Below are positions 52,462 through 63,800 of a DNA stretch of 64,000 bases, in pieces (position 1 is the stretch's first letter; every line of letters begins with the position of its first letter). A program made the translations under genes and the position numbers. The DNA comes from Chloropicon primus (taxonomy: Eukaryota). Location: assembly GCA_023205875.1 (NCBI GenBank), contig CP060766.1, positions 310,001 through 374,000 of the forward strand. The letters are read 5' to 3'. The notes beneath the pieces were generated by a model. It was not told the origin of the DNA, ran no database searches, and saw only the letters and a program-made list of their open reading frames with translations.

Positions 52462-54144
52462 TTACCTCATGCTCCTCAGCCCTCTCCTGTGCCTCGCCGA
52501 CGTGCCCATGCTCGACCAGACCAGGGAGCAGACGCCAACGGTGATCCCGACCGCGCCAACGACCATACCAAGGTTCAAGCTCGCGTCGTATTCTCTCATC
52601 TTCCTCTCCAGCCTCTCGCAGGACTCTTGGATGAGGGAGCCCCAACCCACGTCTTGCTCCTCGGAGCTCAGGTACTCGTCGAGGACCTGCTTGGTCCTCC
52701 TCCTGGAGCTGCAGTTGCTCGTGGTGGCGCCGCAAGCATTGTTCCTGCTCAAGGGGGACTGGATCTGAGAGTGAATCTGGGACTGCACCGGGAAGCTCTC
52801 CAGCATCTGCTGCTGCTGCTGCTGGTGGCTCTCGAAAACTCTGGCCATGTTCTCCAGCACAACGCTGTGGCTGTGCAGCGCGCTCGCTTCCGTCTCCTTC
52901 ACCTTGTCTTGCAACGCAGTCGCCATTCTCTTGTAGATGACCGCCTCGTCCTTCCACTTCCTGCTCTCCTTGAGCTTCTTGCTCAGCACCCTGATCTTCT
53001 CCTCGAGCTGGGGGACCGCGTTCGCCTTCTCCTCGGCCGCCTGGAGCCTCTCCAGCACCCTGGAGATCGTCCTCTCGGTCTTCTCCACCTTCCTCTTCGT
53101 AACGCTTCCCATCCCCGCAGGGCCACTCGCCGGGCGAAGCATCGTGGGGGTCAGAGTGCCAGTGCTGCCGCAAGGAGGGGACATCGCGGTGGCATTGCTC
53201 ACTTCGAGCTGCGACAGGTCCGGGGGCACGAAAGATTTCACCTTGGTTGACGTCTTCGTCCTCGGTTTCGGGCTCGCCAAGCTCGGGGACTTCCTCGCAC
53301 CAACACCCTGGCTGCTCTCCATCATAACGACGCTCGCATCTATGGTCTCGGTGTCCGACTGGGCGACCTTGCTGAGCTCGTGAGCGAGCAACTCGACGCT
53401 CTTCTCCACGGCGATCTTCTCCTCCGCGATCAACCTTGGCGAAAGGCCAGAGTAAAGGTTCACGCTCGTCCTCAACTTGTGCGCTGCAAAACAGTCAAGA
53501 AGGCCACGGCCAAGGTTAGTCCACAATTTTTTGGGCATTGCTTCGCACGCCACGCCCATCGTCTTACCTTCGAGCGCCGGAACCTCCAAGGCTTGGGTCA
53601 TTACTTTGCTGCCCTCCTCGGAAGAATCTGCTTGCCCCTCCCCCTCTTCCTCCTCGTCGCAGTAGCTCTCGCCGCAGCCTTCCTCCCTGTTGTTGTCGTT
53701 GCGCTCGATGAAGGTCCTGAAGCTCGTGCTCGCCTGGTCCTCCTCCAGCTCCTCCGCTGCGTTCTCGAAACCAGCAGCAGCAGCCGCTGGAAGGTTTTCC
53801 TTCTCCACCTCCACCTCCACCTCTGCCGTGGTGAAGGACAAGGTGTCCACCCTGTGGGCCTCGAGCTCCTCCCCTCGCCCTCCAGCAGCACCCCCCCCGT
53901 CCGTCTGCTGGCTCGGAGGAGGGGAGAAGAACGGCGGGACGCTTTCTCTCCAAATGTTGTCACTGCCTCCCTCACTCGATCTCTTCTTGGTCTTCTGCTT
54001 GTAGCAGTTCTTCAACCAGGTTTCTGCCCCTGGCTTCCTCCCTTGCTTCTGAACGTCGTTCCGAGTGAACTCACCACCACCAGGCAAAGGTTCGAGGAGT
54101 CCAGCTTTCACATTCGCCGTGCTTGAGCTCCTTAGCGCTGCCAT
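52462..54144 (-). CDS. Coiled-coil, tail-anchored membrane protein
   Basis: ATG 54144; coiled coil LERLQAAEEK...; C-terminal TM LGMVVGAVGITVGVCSLVW. Confidence 0.8.
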   Translation of the reverse strand: MAALRSSSTANVKAGLLEPLPGGGEFTRNDVQKQGRKPGAETWLKNCYKQKTKKRSSEGGSDNIWRESVPPFFSPPPSQQTDGGGAAGGRGEELEAHRVDTLSFTTAEVEVEVEKENLPAAAAAGFENAAEELEEDQASTSFRTFIERNDNNREEGCGESYCDEEEEGEGQADSSEEGSKVMTQALEVPALEGKTMGVACEAMPKKLWTNLGRGLLDCFAAHKLRTSVNLYSGLSPRLIAEEKIAVEKSVELLAHELSKVAQSDTETIDASVVMMESSQGVGARKSPSLASPKPRTKTSTKVKSFVPPDLSQLEVSNATAMSPPCGSTGTLTPTMLRPASGPAGMGSVTKRKVEKTERTISRVLERLQAAEEKANAVPQLEEKIRVLSKKLKESRKWKDEAVIYKRMATALQDKVKETEASALHSHSVVLENMARVFESHQQQQQQMLESFPVQSQIHSQIQSPLSRNNACGATTSNCSSRRRTKQVLDEYLSSEEQDVGWGSLIQESCERLERKMREYDASLNLGMVVGAVGITVGVCSLVWSSMGTSARHRRGLRSMR

Positions 54145-54233
54145 CAATCCACCACCGACCAGAAACTGCAAACCAAACCAAGAATACCTCCTCCTCCTGC
54201 TGCTGCTGCTGCCTGCTGCAACAACAAACAACA

Positions 54234-54276
<43 letters not shown>

Positions 54277-54720
54277 CCGGGGAAACGAACAAAGAAAGTT
54301 TCGTCAGCTTTTCCTCCTTGTGCAAGAGAGCAAGACACGGGAAGCGCCCAATGCTGCGTTGGACTCCCCCTTGCTCGCCTTCCCAAACTTACCTCGTGCC
54401 TGGGAGTGGAAAACAAAACACCTTATTCAGTTCCTCCTGACCTCACGCGTCCGTTCTTTCCAAAACTTGGGATGTATTGAAAGAGAAAGACGAGAAGATT
54501 CCAATGGTGCCCCTCCCTTCCACCGTTGTCTCCCTCCTCGTCGTCACCACCGGCCCAAACTTACCTCCTTTGCCGCTTCAAAAAAGCCGACAGCAAGGTG
54601 CAGACTTTTTCAAAAGTCTTTTTTTCTTTCCCGTTGGAAATTTAACAACGAATGAGTGTAAAGAATCGTACAGTTGGTACACTCACGCAAATAATCTCGG
54701 GCGAACCTTATCGCGAACTA

Positions 54721-55098
54721 GGACTGTTGGACGACGGATTGAGCGGCTGAGGGGGGACAAGGGAGGGAGTAGAGGGTTACTGGACGAAACTACGTCTCGA
54801 GATCTTTCCATCGATACCTCATGTGAAGATTTTGACAAAGGGAGTGGCCGAATCACAAAGCATTTGCTGGATCAACCCGAGCGAGAGCGAGCGAGCAGAG
54901 AGGGACTGTTGGACGACGGATTGAGCGGCTGAGGCGGAACAAGGGAGGGAGTAGAGGGTTACTGGACGAAACTACGTCTCGAGATCTTTCCATCGATACC
55001 TCATGTGAAGATTTTGACGAAGGGAGTGGCCGAATCACAAAGCATTTGCTGGATCAACCCGAGCGAGAGGGACTGTTGGACGACGGATTGAGCGGCTG
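54721..55098. repeat. 182-bp tandem repeat, about 2.1 copies, in a divergent promoter
   Basis: GGACTGTTGGACGACGGATTGAGCGGCTG at 54721, 54903 and 55070. Confidence 0.95.
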
Positions 55099-55313
55099 CG
55101 ACGACGGCGGGGAGGGGGACAGGCCGTGGTCCCTTTGAGGCCTCGATTGGAGATCGGAACCAAAGCACATGTCTCCCGGACTGATTCATTCGCCGCTGCG
55201 GTGATCCGATCGATAACAGAACGCTCGGAGGATAGCAAAACATCTTCCGAGTTGTTCTCCACCACCGCCACCGCTAGTGCAGGAGGACCTCGGGCGAGGA
55301 CGGTGGCCGTGCC

Positions 55314-55998
55314 ATGCTTGGGAAGCTGAGGAGAAGGGTCTCCAGTCTCGCCCGGGAGAGGGACGATGCGAGAAAGCGACGGAGGGATACCGCCGGGGCG
55401 AGGACGAAGGCTATCCACGTGGGGGAAATCTACGGCTTCGTCGGGGCAATGACGACGACGGTGTTCACAGGTAAGTGAATCAAACGGATTTAGGCGTCGA
55501 CCGTTCTCTCCTTGCGCTCTCCCAGCCTCGTTGACCAGGCCTCTTTCTCCTCTTTCTGTGCTCTGTTTGTTTGTTTGTGCGCGCGCCGATCGACTGCAGT
55601 CGTTTACTTTGCTTGGGCTTACACGCCCGAGAAGGTCTTGCACGCCGTGGGGATCTATTACTACCCATCCAAGTGAGTCTGCTCTTCAAGCCCCTGCGCG
55701 ATGTTCTACTGACCCAACCTTTCCACGCTTTCTTTCAAGGTACTGGGCTTTAGCCCTCCCCGTGTGGCTGAGTGTGCTGGCGGTGGTCATGTTTTGGCTC
55801 TACGAGTTCTACAACCTTGCCTGCACCCCGCCTCTCCACTCCTTGGACAACGTCCGTGACGAGCATTGCAGGTGGAAGGAGGACCTGACAGAGGAGCAGA
55901 GGAAGATGCCTGTGCTGTACGATATGCCCCTCGAACAGGTCAACGCCTTGCTCTTCGGCGGGGCACCGCGCCAGCGGGACAAGAAGAAGAGGAAGTAG
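55314..55998 (+). CDS. PIGP: GPI-GlcNAc transferase subunit P; introns 55471-55599 and 55673-55739
   Basis: Spliced product reads EIYGFVG...VVYFAWAYTPEKVLHAVGIYYYPSKYWALALP...LYDMPLEQVN. Confidence 0.92.
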
Positions 55999-56765
55999 TA
56001 GTAGTAGTAAGGGTGACCCGACCGAGCGTGTGCCCTTTATTGCTTGCCCTAAAGACGAAAGGATGAATGTAACTCTACTCGCAGTGATGACATGTCCCCA
56101 CAAGCTTTCTCTCTCTCCCCCCCCACCTCTGTTTTTTGAGAGGGAGGAGGGCATTGATGGTGCGGGTTCGTCCTGGCAAGCACAGACAGAGAAGGTGGAT
56201 ATAAAAGATGGCGCACATCGTATCGAGACTCGCAATGGATGGAGAGCGCTTACAGGTCCTATCGACCGAGTCCTTCGAGATGCGGCAGCGAGCTTGCACC
56301 GCAAAGAGATCCAAAGGAAACAAGCGGAATCCCATTCATTTCTTTGTCTCGATCCATCGAAAGCTTGAGACAGCAAGCAAAAGTCCTTTGTCTCGATCCA
56401 TCGAAAGCTTGAGACAGCAAGCAAGAGTCCTTCCTTGGATCCTGGTCTCTAAACCCCTTCCCTCTTGCCCTCGCATCCGCATCGCATCCCTTCTCCGCCA
56501 CGCCATCCATCCCCCAGATCATGCTCGATATCGAGATCATGCACGATAACGTTTTCGAGCGTTTCGGCGAAGGTGGAGAGCCTGGGGTCTACGACTTTGC
56601 GATTTCGGGACGATAGGGCGCGAAGGGTCTGGAGGAGAGCACAACAGCGCGATACCGCGTCTCACGGTCTTTCGATAGACCCCCCACCACCACCACCACC
56701 TCCACTACCTCGGTTGACGCGGTCCAAGGACGTCGGAAGGGCAGCCACACGAGAGGTACGAGGAC

Positions 56766-58274
56766 ATGGCGACGACGACGAGCGAGCTGAAGTCTTACCT
56801 CACGGGGAAGATGGGCGGGGTGAGGAGGCTGTCGTACTTCAAGACCCCGGTTTACTTGATCGGCTTGCATTGCTTCAAGCCGCCGGAGACGTGGGCGGTA
56901 ACGTTCGAGGAGCTTCAGGAGATCGGGAAGAAGCAGCACTACCACCCGGACCCCAAGATATCGAGTTTCAACGAGAAGATGGCGAACAACTGCGGCGTGC
57001 GCAAGGAGGGAACGTACGTTCCGCCTGGTATCTCGAGGTCCAAAGTCCCGGGCGTGCCCAAGGACACGACCATGAAAGCCGCGAGGGAGGAGGCCGAGGA
57101 GGTGATGTTCACGAGCGTGAGGGCGGTTCTCAGCGAGAAGGGCCTGAAGCCGAAGGACGTGGACATGATCGTCGTGAACTGCTCCTTGTTCAATCCCACG
57201 CCCTCCCTCGCTGCGATGATCATCAACCACTTCAAGATGAGGTCCGACGTGATCGTGTACAACTTGGGGGGGATGGGCTGCTCCGCGGGGGTCATCAGCA
57301 TCTCGCTCGTGAACGAGCTCATGCAGTGCCACAAGAACTGCAGGGCCCTCGTCGTGAGCACGGAGAACATCACCCAGAACTACTACAACGGGACGAATCG
57401 AAGCATGAGCATTCCGAACCATCTCTTCAAGGTGGGGGGGGCCGCCGTCCTGCTCTCCAACAAGGCAAAGGACAGGAGGAAGGCGAAGTACAAGCTGCTT
57501 CACACGGTGAGGACCCACCACGGCGCCCAGGACGACTCCTACGAGTGCGTGTTCCAGCAGGAGGACAACGAGGGGTTCGTGGGCGTCAAGCTGGACAAGA
57601 CCCTGATGAAAATTGCTGGTTCCGCCCTGACGAAAAACATCGAAAAGTTGGGCACCGTGGCGCTGCCGCTGAGCGAGCAGCTCAAGTACCTGTGGGTTAA
57701 CCACATCAAGAGGAAGAGGTCCAAGGGGCCCAGCGAGTCCTTCAAGCCATACGTGCCAAACTTCAAGAAGGCGTTTGACCACTTCTGCATTCATGCGGGG
57801 GGCCGCGGCGTCCTCGACGCGATGATCGAGAACCTGAGCTTGACGGAGGACCACCTCAAGCCCTCGAGGCAGACGTTGTGGCAGTACGGAAACACATCAT
57901 CGAGCTCCATCTGGTACGAGCTGGCTTGGATGGAGACCAATGGGAGGGTGAAGAAGAACGACGTTGTCTGGCAGATCGCGTTTGGGTCTGGGTTCAAGTG
58001 CAACTCCGCGGTGTGGAAGTCGATGAAGAACAACTCCAAGGTCCACCTGTGCTGGACTACGGACCCCGAGGAGCCTCTGCTGCACCGCAGCTACAAGGGC
58101 AGCTTCTTCGAGGACGAAGACGAGGCGACGCGTGCGGACCACGAGGTTGAGACGGCGGAGGAGCTCTTCGACAGCCACATGGGCTGCGATGCGATGAAAT
58201 CGTTCACGAAATCCTTCACCAAGAGCCGTGCCAGGAGGCTCAAGGAAGACGCTTTGTTGAAGAAAGGCAAGTGA
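56766..58274 (+). CDS. KCS: 3-ketoacyl-CoA synthase (FAE1-type very-long-chain fatty acid elongase)
   Basis: VNCSLFNPTPSL, NLGGMGCSAG, HFCIHAGGR, GNTSSSSIWYEL, WQIAFGSGFKCNSAVW. Confidence 0.95.
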   Translation: MATTTSELKSYLTGKMGGVRRLSYFKTPVYLIGLHCFKPPETWAVTFEELQEIGKKQHYHPDPKISSFNEKMANNCGVRKEGTYVPPGISRSKVPGVPKDTTMKAAREEAEEVMFTSVRAVLSEKGLKPKDVDMIVVNCSLFNPTPSLAAMIINHFKMRSDVIVYNLGGMGCSAGVISISLVNELMQCHKNCRALVVSTENITQNYYNGTNRSMSIPNHLFKVGGAAVLLSNKAKDRRKAKYKLLHTVRTHHGAQDDSYECVFQQEDNEGFVGVKLDKTLMKIAGSALTKNIEKLGTVALPLSEQLKYLWVNHIKRKRSKGPSESFKPYVPNFKKAFDHFCIHAGGRGVLDAMIENLSLTEDHLKPSRQTLWQYGNTSSSSIWYELAWMETNGRVKKNDVVWQIAFGSGFKCNSAVWKSMKNNSKVHLCWTTDPEEPLLHRSYKGSFFEDEDEATRADHEVETAEELFDSHMGCDAMKSFTKSFTKSRARRLKEDALLKKGK

Positions 58275-58367
58275 TGGAAGTGCGCAAAACATTTTTGGGA
58301 AGAAAAAAAAACGGACGTAGATCTTTTAAATACAAATCCAAGTAAAAAAAAAATTCGAAGGACCTCC

Positions 58368-60032
58368 TTAAAACAAGCTGATGGTCCCCTGGGACTTTCT
58401 CTCCTCGATCATCTCTTCCGTGACTCCGCCCTCCTCGACGGGGACATCGTCCGCCCTTCCGACGTCCCTCATGAACTTGACGTACCTTGGAAGGATCTCC
58501 GTCAGAGTCCTGTAGGAGGCATACTCCAGCCCCCTCTTCTTCGCCTCGTCCTCCACGATCTTTGAGATGGCGGGGTAGTGCATGAAGGAAACGGCCGGGA
58601 AGAGGTGGTGCTCGATCTGCAGATTCAAACCGCCCGTCATGAAGCACCCGAAGACCCCGCCCCAGTTCGCGGACGTCACCAGCTGCTGGATCCCCCAATC
58701 CCTCACGTCCCTGCTCTCATTCAGCCGGTGGCCCGCGAAGGTTTGGGGCACGCCCCCCTTGGCCTCCGGCACATTGTGAGACACGGCAAAGGTGGTCGCC
58801 AGAACGATGCTCTGCACCGCGACGTAGCAGAAGCTGGACACCAGCATGGTCCTCCAGCCGTGAAAGATGAGGGGCAGGGCGTAAATCAGCGTGTAGTGCA
58901 CCGCCTTGCCAAGCACGACCGAGATCTTCTCGTTGGTGCTGGCTCCGTACGTGTTGCACCCCTCCGTCCTGCCCTCGATCAAGCCCTTGATGTCGCCGAA
59001 CTGAAAGACTAGCTGCAGGAAGGGGTACATGGCCCACATGTAGATGTGCTGGAATCTGTGGAACCACTTTCTTGGGAGCCTGTGGTCGAACCTGAGCACG
59101 GGGTAAGAGCTGAAGACGTCCTCGTCGACCTCCTCGTCGTTGCAGTGGACGTGGTGGGACACCTGGTGGTGGTAGCGCCACATCAGGCTGGACCCCCCCG
59201 AGAGGTCATCCATGAGGCCCAAGAACTGGTTGACCCACTCCTTGGTCGACATGGCCCCGTGGTTCCCGCAGTGCTGGACCGTGAGCCCGAGCCAGGCCCC
59301 CCCCAAGCCGCACAGGACCCCAGTGAGCGCGTTAGGCATGGCCACGTACATCGCAAAGCTGCAGAAGGCGTAGCCGACGATGAAGACGGCCGCCCACTCG
59401 CTCCCCGAGCGGTGGGCTCCCTTGATCTCCTGCCCCTTGAACACCTCCTTCCTCACCCTCTCCCTCACGGCGTTGTAGAACTCCGAGTCGTTCGGGTACG
59501 GGGCCACCGGCACCGAGGAAACGGGAAACTCCTTGATCTCCGGAAGCATCTTCAAGCGCTTCACCGCCACTTCTGGCCTCAGGTGGTACGACTCGAAGAG
59601 AGCCGTGGAGTCCCTCTTGACCGCAAGGTTCAGGAGCCACTGCCCCCCCGGGTGCTTGCTCATGAACTTGGTCAAGTCGTAAGCCTTGCCCCTGTAGACG
59701 GTCCACTTCATCTTCGACCAAGGCTCGTCCTCGTACGGGTCCCCGGGGATCTCGCCGCCCGTCGACGCGGTCGGACGCTCGGCGGCGGTCTCCTCCTCCT
59801 TGACCTCAACCGCAGTCTCCACGCTCAGCACTCGCACCCCGTCCCGACCGGCGCTCCTGCAAGTGGTAGTGCCGTGGCCCAAGGACGCGGCGCGTGCCCT
59901 CGACCTCCTCGACGGCACCTTCTCGCCGCTCCGCACCACCGCAACCCTCCGAACGCGCGTGCCCGACGTCGACGCCGGTGCTCCCCTGGAACACCCCAGC
60001 GTCACCCTCGCCGACCCTCTCGCCACCATCAT
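58368..60032 (-). CDS. Plastid-targeted cytochrome-b5-fused front-end fatty acid desaturase (Delta4-like)
   Basis: Transit peptide from ATG 60032; HPGG; His boxes HCGNH, HQVSHH, QIEHH. Resembles the green-algal MGDG Delta4 desaturase (inference). Confidence 0.9.
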   Translation of the reverse strand: MMVARGSARVTLGCSRGAPASTSGTRVRRVAVVRSGEKVPSRRSRARAASLGHGTTTCRSAGRDGVRVLSVETAVEVKEEETAAERPTASTGGEIPGDPYEDEPWSKMKWTVYRGKAYDLTKFMSKHPGGQWLLNLAVKRDSTALFESYHLRPEVAVKRLKMLPEIKEFPVSSVPVAPYPNDSEFYNAVRERVRKEVFKGQEIKGAHRSGSEWAAVFIVGYAFCSFAMYVAMPNALTGVLCGLGGAWLGLTVQHCGNHGAMSTKEWVNQFLGLMDDLSGGSSLMWRYHHQVSHHVHCNDEEVDEDVFSSYPVLRFDHRLPRKWFHRFQHIYMWAMYPFLQLVFQFGDIKGLIEGRTEGCNTYGASTNEKISVVLGKAVHYTLIYALPLIFHGWRTMLVSSFCYVAVQSIVLATTFAVSHNVPEAKGGVPQTFAGHRLNESRDVRDWGIQQLVTSANWGGVFGCFMTGGLNLQIEHHLFPAVSFMHYPAISKIVEDEAKKRGLEYASYRTLTEILPRYVKFMRDVGRADDVPVEEGGVTEEMIEERKSQGTISLF

Positions 60033-60875
60033 CGAGACACAATGCGACTTTGCTGTTTCCGGTTGTCTCCTCCTCTCGAGCCGAATTCTCCCTCCCCTCC
60101 AGTCAAACGCGTCGAGGAACGCGTCAGTCGAAAGGTCGAGACGTGAACCACAGCCTCGAGCGTCCTCACCACTGACTGACCTCGCCACTCGAGTGCCTCA
60201 CCCCTCTGGAGGACGTGGATGCCGTGGACAGCCTGCTAGCCAATTCCCTCTCCGCGACGTTTCCCGACGACTCCCGGGGTCAAAATCCTCAAACGAGGGG
60301 TCGATGGAAAGCTCGCGAGAAGATCTGTCCCGTGGTTGTGCACTCCGCACTCAAATCGTCCCACTAGAACGCTGAAAACCCCTCCGTTCGTCGCCCTCGC
60401 CCTCCGCCAATCGGATCTCTCTTACGGATGATGAACTAGTGGCTCAGCTCTCTCTTCACATTTGAACTTCTCGAACTTCAAATGTGAAAGAGAAAAAATG
60501 CTCGTTTCGCGCGTAAAATTTTCCAAGGGACAAAGCTGTCGAGGGAGGAGGAGGAACTCAAGGCGTTGGAGGGGATACGGATACTCACTCTCTCCCCCCC
60601 CCCCGTTCTCCACTCCAAAGAGTTCACCTTTTTCGCTCCTCTTTGCCTCCCAAACCCGAAACCCGGTGTTTTTTTCCTCCACCGAAAGCCTGAAGGTTGG
60701 TTTGGCTTGGTTTCACCTTTTGCTCCTTGACCTTGACCTCTTTGGGCTTGAGGGGAGCGAGTTTGTCAACCGCCTTGGTGTTGGACTCGTCTGCTCAAGG
60801 AACGAACCGAACTCCGCCCGGCCCCCTAGCTGCCTCTCTGGAGTCTTCCGAGGACAAGCGTGACGAGAGAAGGGT

Positions 60876-63800
60876 ATGGTGGGTGTGCAAGGTGGTGGTG
60901 GTGGTGGTGGTGGGGTCGCCCAGGCCACCCCAGGCCCTCGGCTTCTGCCAGCCAAGGTGAAGCTGGAGGTGGAGAAGAATCGAACGATCGTGTTCTTGGA
61001 CTCCAGGGTGAAGGAACTCACCAGGAAGCTGGCCTTGTCCCACGAGGACTTGATACGATACGAGAAGGAGAACCTGGACTTGAAGCACGAACAGAGGGAG
61101 CTGTCGTACAGGCTTCCCCTCAAGTACGCCCACGTGAAGAGGAAAGCGGCGAACTACTTGGTGGAGCTGAATCGGATCAAGAGGAACCTCGGGGTCGTGA
61201 CTCCGTGCTTCCGCTTCTGGCGGGTGGTGACCAGGGAGAACAAGAGGAGGCTCCATATCGCCTCCTTTGTCCTGGGCCGAAGGAGGCAGAGCGTTCTCAA
61301 GGGTTCGGTGAGCCACTGGAGAGAAGCCGTGAGGCGCAACAAGCGGGTGCAGCAATGGAGGGAGGCGAGGGTGAAGGCCAGGGCAGTGGAGGGCTGGAGG
61401 GCCGTGGTGTCTGGGGAGAGGGTCCTGGAGGCCAAGCTGAAGAACTTTCGGGAGGAGCACGCGCCCTTCTACAGCGGCCTCCACGCAGGAAGAGCTCTCG
61501 AGTGGTGGAGGAGCTGGGCAGCCCGCAAGAAGGCTCTCAGGGCGAGGGTGGATCAGCTCACTGCAAAGCATGGCCGGCTCGCTCTGTCCAGGGCGTTCTT
61601 GTCCTGGGCCACCCGGTCCCGAGAGAACAAGGCGAGGGAAGGCAAATGGAACAAATTCTTGGCCCGCCAAAGGTGCGTGAAGGTTCTGAGAGGGTGGTCG
61701 GCCCAAGTCGCAGCAAGCAGAATCGCCGAGCTGCTTGAGCACAAGTCGGACTGCTTCCGGACGAGAAGAGCGTTGTCCATCGCCATGCTCGTCTGGAGCG
61801 AGACGGCCAAGAGGGAGAGGTCCCTCGGCAGGAAAATGGCGAGGTTCCGGGTCAAGATGGTGGCCAGGACTCAGGGGAGGGCCCTCGCCCTCTGGAGGTC
61901 CTTGGCAGCTCGGTCGGAATGGAGGGAAAGGGTGGTGCTGCGCGTGATGTCCAGGGCGGAAAAGAGAATTCTCGCGTCGTCGTTCGGTGCTTGGCTGCGG
62001 AAATGCGGCCAGAGGGCGAGAGTTCACAGCTTCACGCTGGGTGTTCGGGGAAACCTGACCAAGTCCTGCTTCGCGGTCTGGAGGGAGCTCAGAGAAAGGA
62101 TGGCTTTCTCCAAGCTAGTCGCGCAGGAAAAGTGCAGGCAGGGCCGGTGGAGGATCAAGCTCAAGCTCTTCTCTCGCTGGAGGATCCAGGTTCTGTCGTG
62201 CTCCAGAAACCTGTTGATCAGAAAACTCGAGACGTTCGAGGAGGGACTTGCGGAGGTCGTCGCCCCCCGGGCGGCCTCGCCCATCAAGGCCTCGAGGCGG
62301 GCCCAAGCCCAAGCCGCCAGGCTCACGGAGACATCCTTTGGCCGGAACGCCAAAGTGTCGAGCCTTGTGGATTCTCACCAGTGGCACCGCTTCAACAAGG
62401 GCTGCCTGATTCGCAGAGCGAGCCATGCCGCGGTCTTCGTGGGCAAGTCAGGCATCGCGCAGACCAGCGGCAAGTACTTGATCTTCGGGGGGCACGATCT
62501 GGACACCAGGCAAAACGTTTTCACGATTGTGAGCGTGAATGTGCACTTGGGGGAGGGTGGCGAGCTGAGGTTCCAAGCTGATGTGGATTTCGAAGCGGAC
62601 ACCTCCATCGATGGCCCCTGCCCGAGGAGCGACCACTGCATGTGCGAACTGGATTCCAGCAGCGTCATCGTCTTTGGTGGCTTCGACGGGACCAAAGAGC
62701 TGGGGGACGTGTACCAGGTCCGATGGTCGAATGAAGACTTTCCCGAGATCCACTGCAGGAGGCTCGTGTCTCACCTGGAGTCCCCCTTGAGGAGATCCCA
62801 CCACACGGTCTGCAGGCACGTCAGCAAGGCGGGGAACTCGGTGAAGTTCATCCTCTTCGGGGGCTACAGCAAGAAGAACGGCGGACTGATGAACGATTTG
62901 TGGTCTTTCGACCACAAGGACAACTCCTGGACGGAGCTGGACGCCACCGGGGAAGCGCCTTGCCCAAGGCGGGACCACTGCTCGGTGATCATCAACAGCT
63001 CCGAGATGCTCGTGTTCGGGGGGTTTAACGGTTCAGAGAACGTTAACGACTGCCACACCCTGAACTTGCAGACCATGAGGTGGTCCAAGGTGGTCTTCGA
63101 GGGCGAGGTCCCCGGGCCGAGGAGGCAGCACACGGTCGTCCAAGTCGACAAGGACAACGTCGTGGTGTGCGGGGGGTTCGATGGCTCGAGGGTTCTCCAA
63201 GACATTTACGTCCTGAACGTGGGCACCCTGCAGAGCCATCCGATGGGCGCCTTGTTCGAGGGCGGAAGATGCCTCCACTCCTGCGCGTCTCTCGGTGGCA
63301 GCCTCCTGCTTTTCGGCGGCGTGACCAATGCCGGAGAGGCCGAGAACGACCTCCTGCTTCTCGAGCATCTTGGCAGCAGCAGCACCGCTCACCTTCGGAG
63401 CAGGGTGAAGTCCCTGGAGAGCCGAGTGGCGGAGCTGGAAAGGGATCTTGACTCAGAGGTCGCGCACAAGAACGAGATCGTGGTCCACCAGGCGAGAGAG
63501 AAGACGAGAAACAATTTCCTTGAGAATTCTCTCAAAGCTTCCATCCAGCAGCAGAAGGAGGGGCTTCAGTCCTACCGATTGATGAAGGACAAGCTCGCGG
63601 CGAACAGAAAGGAGGAACAGATCCTCCGGCAATCCTGCAAGGACCTGAAACGCCTGCTGGACGAGAAGAGGAGAGAACTGGTCAGCACGAGGAAGGTTGC
63701 ATCCTCCTCCGAGAAGACTTTGAAGAGGCACTACGAGGAGAAAGTCGCGGAGACGAACCACCTTCTGCAACAGATTGCGGAGGCCCAAATCAGGCTGAAC

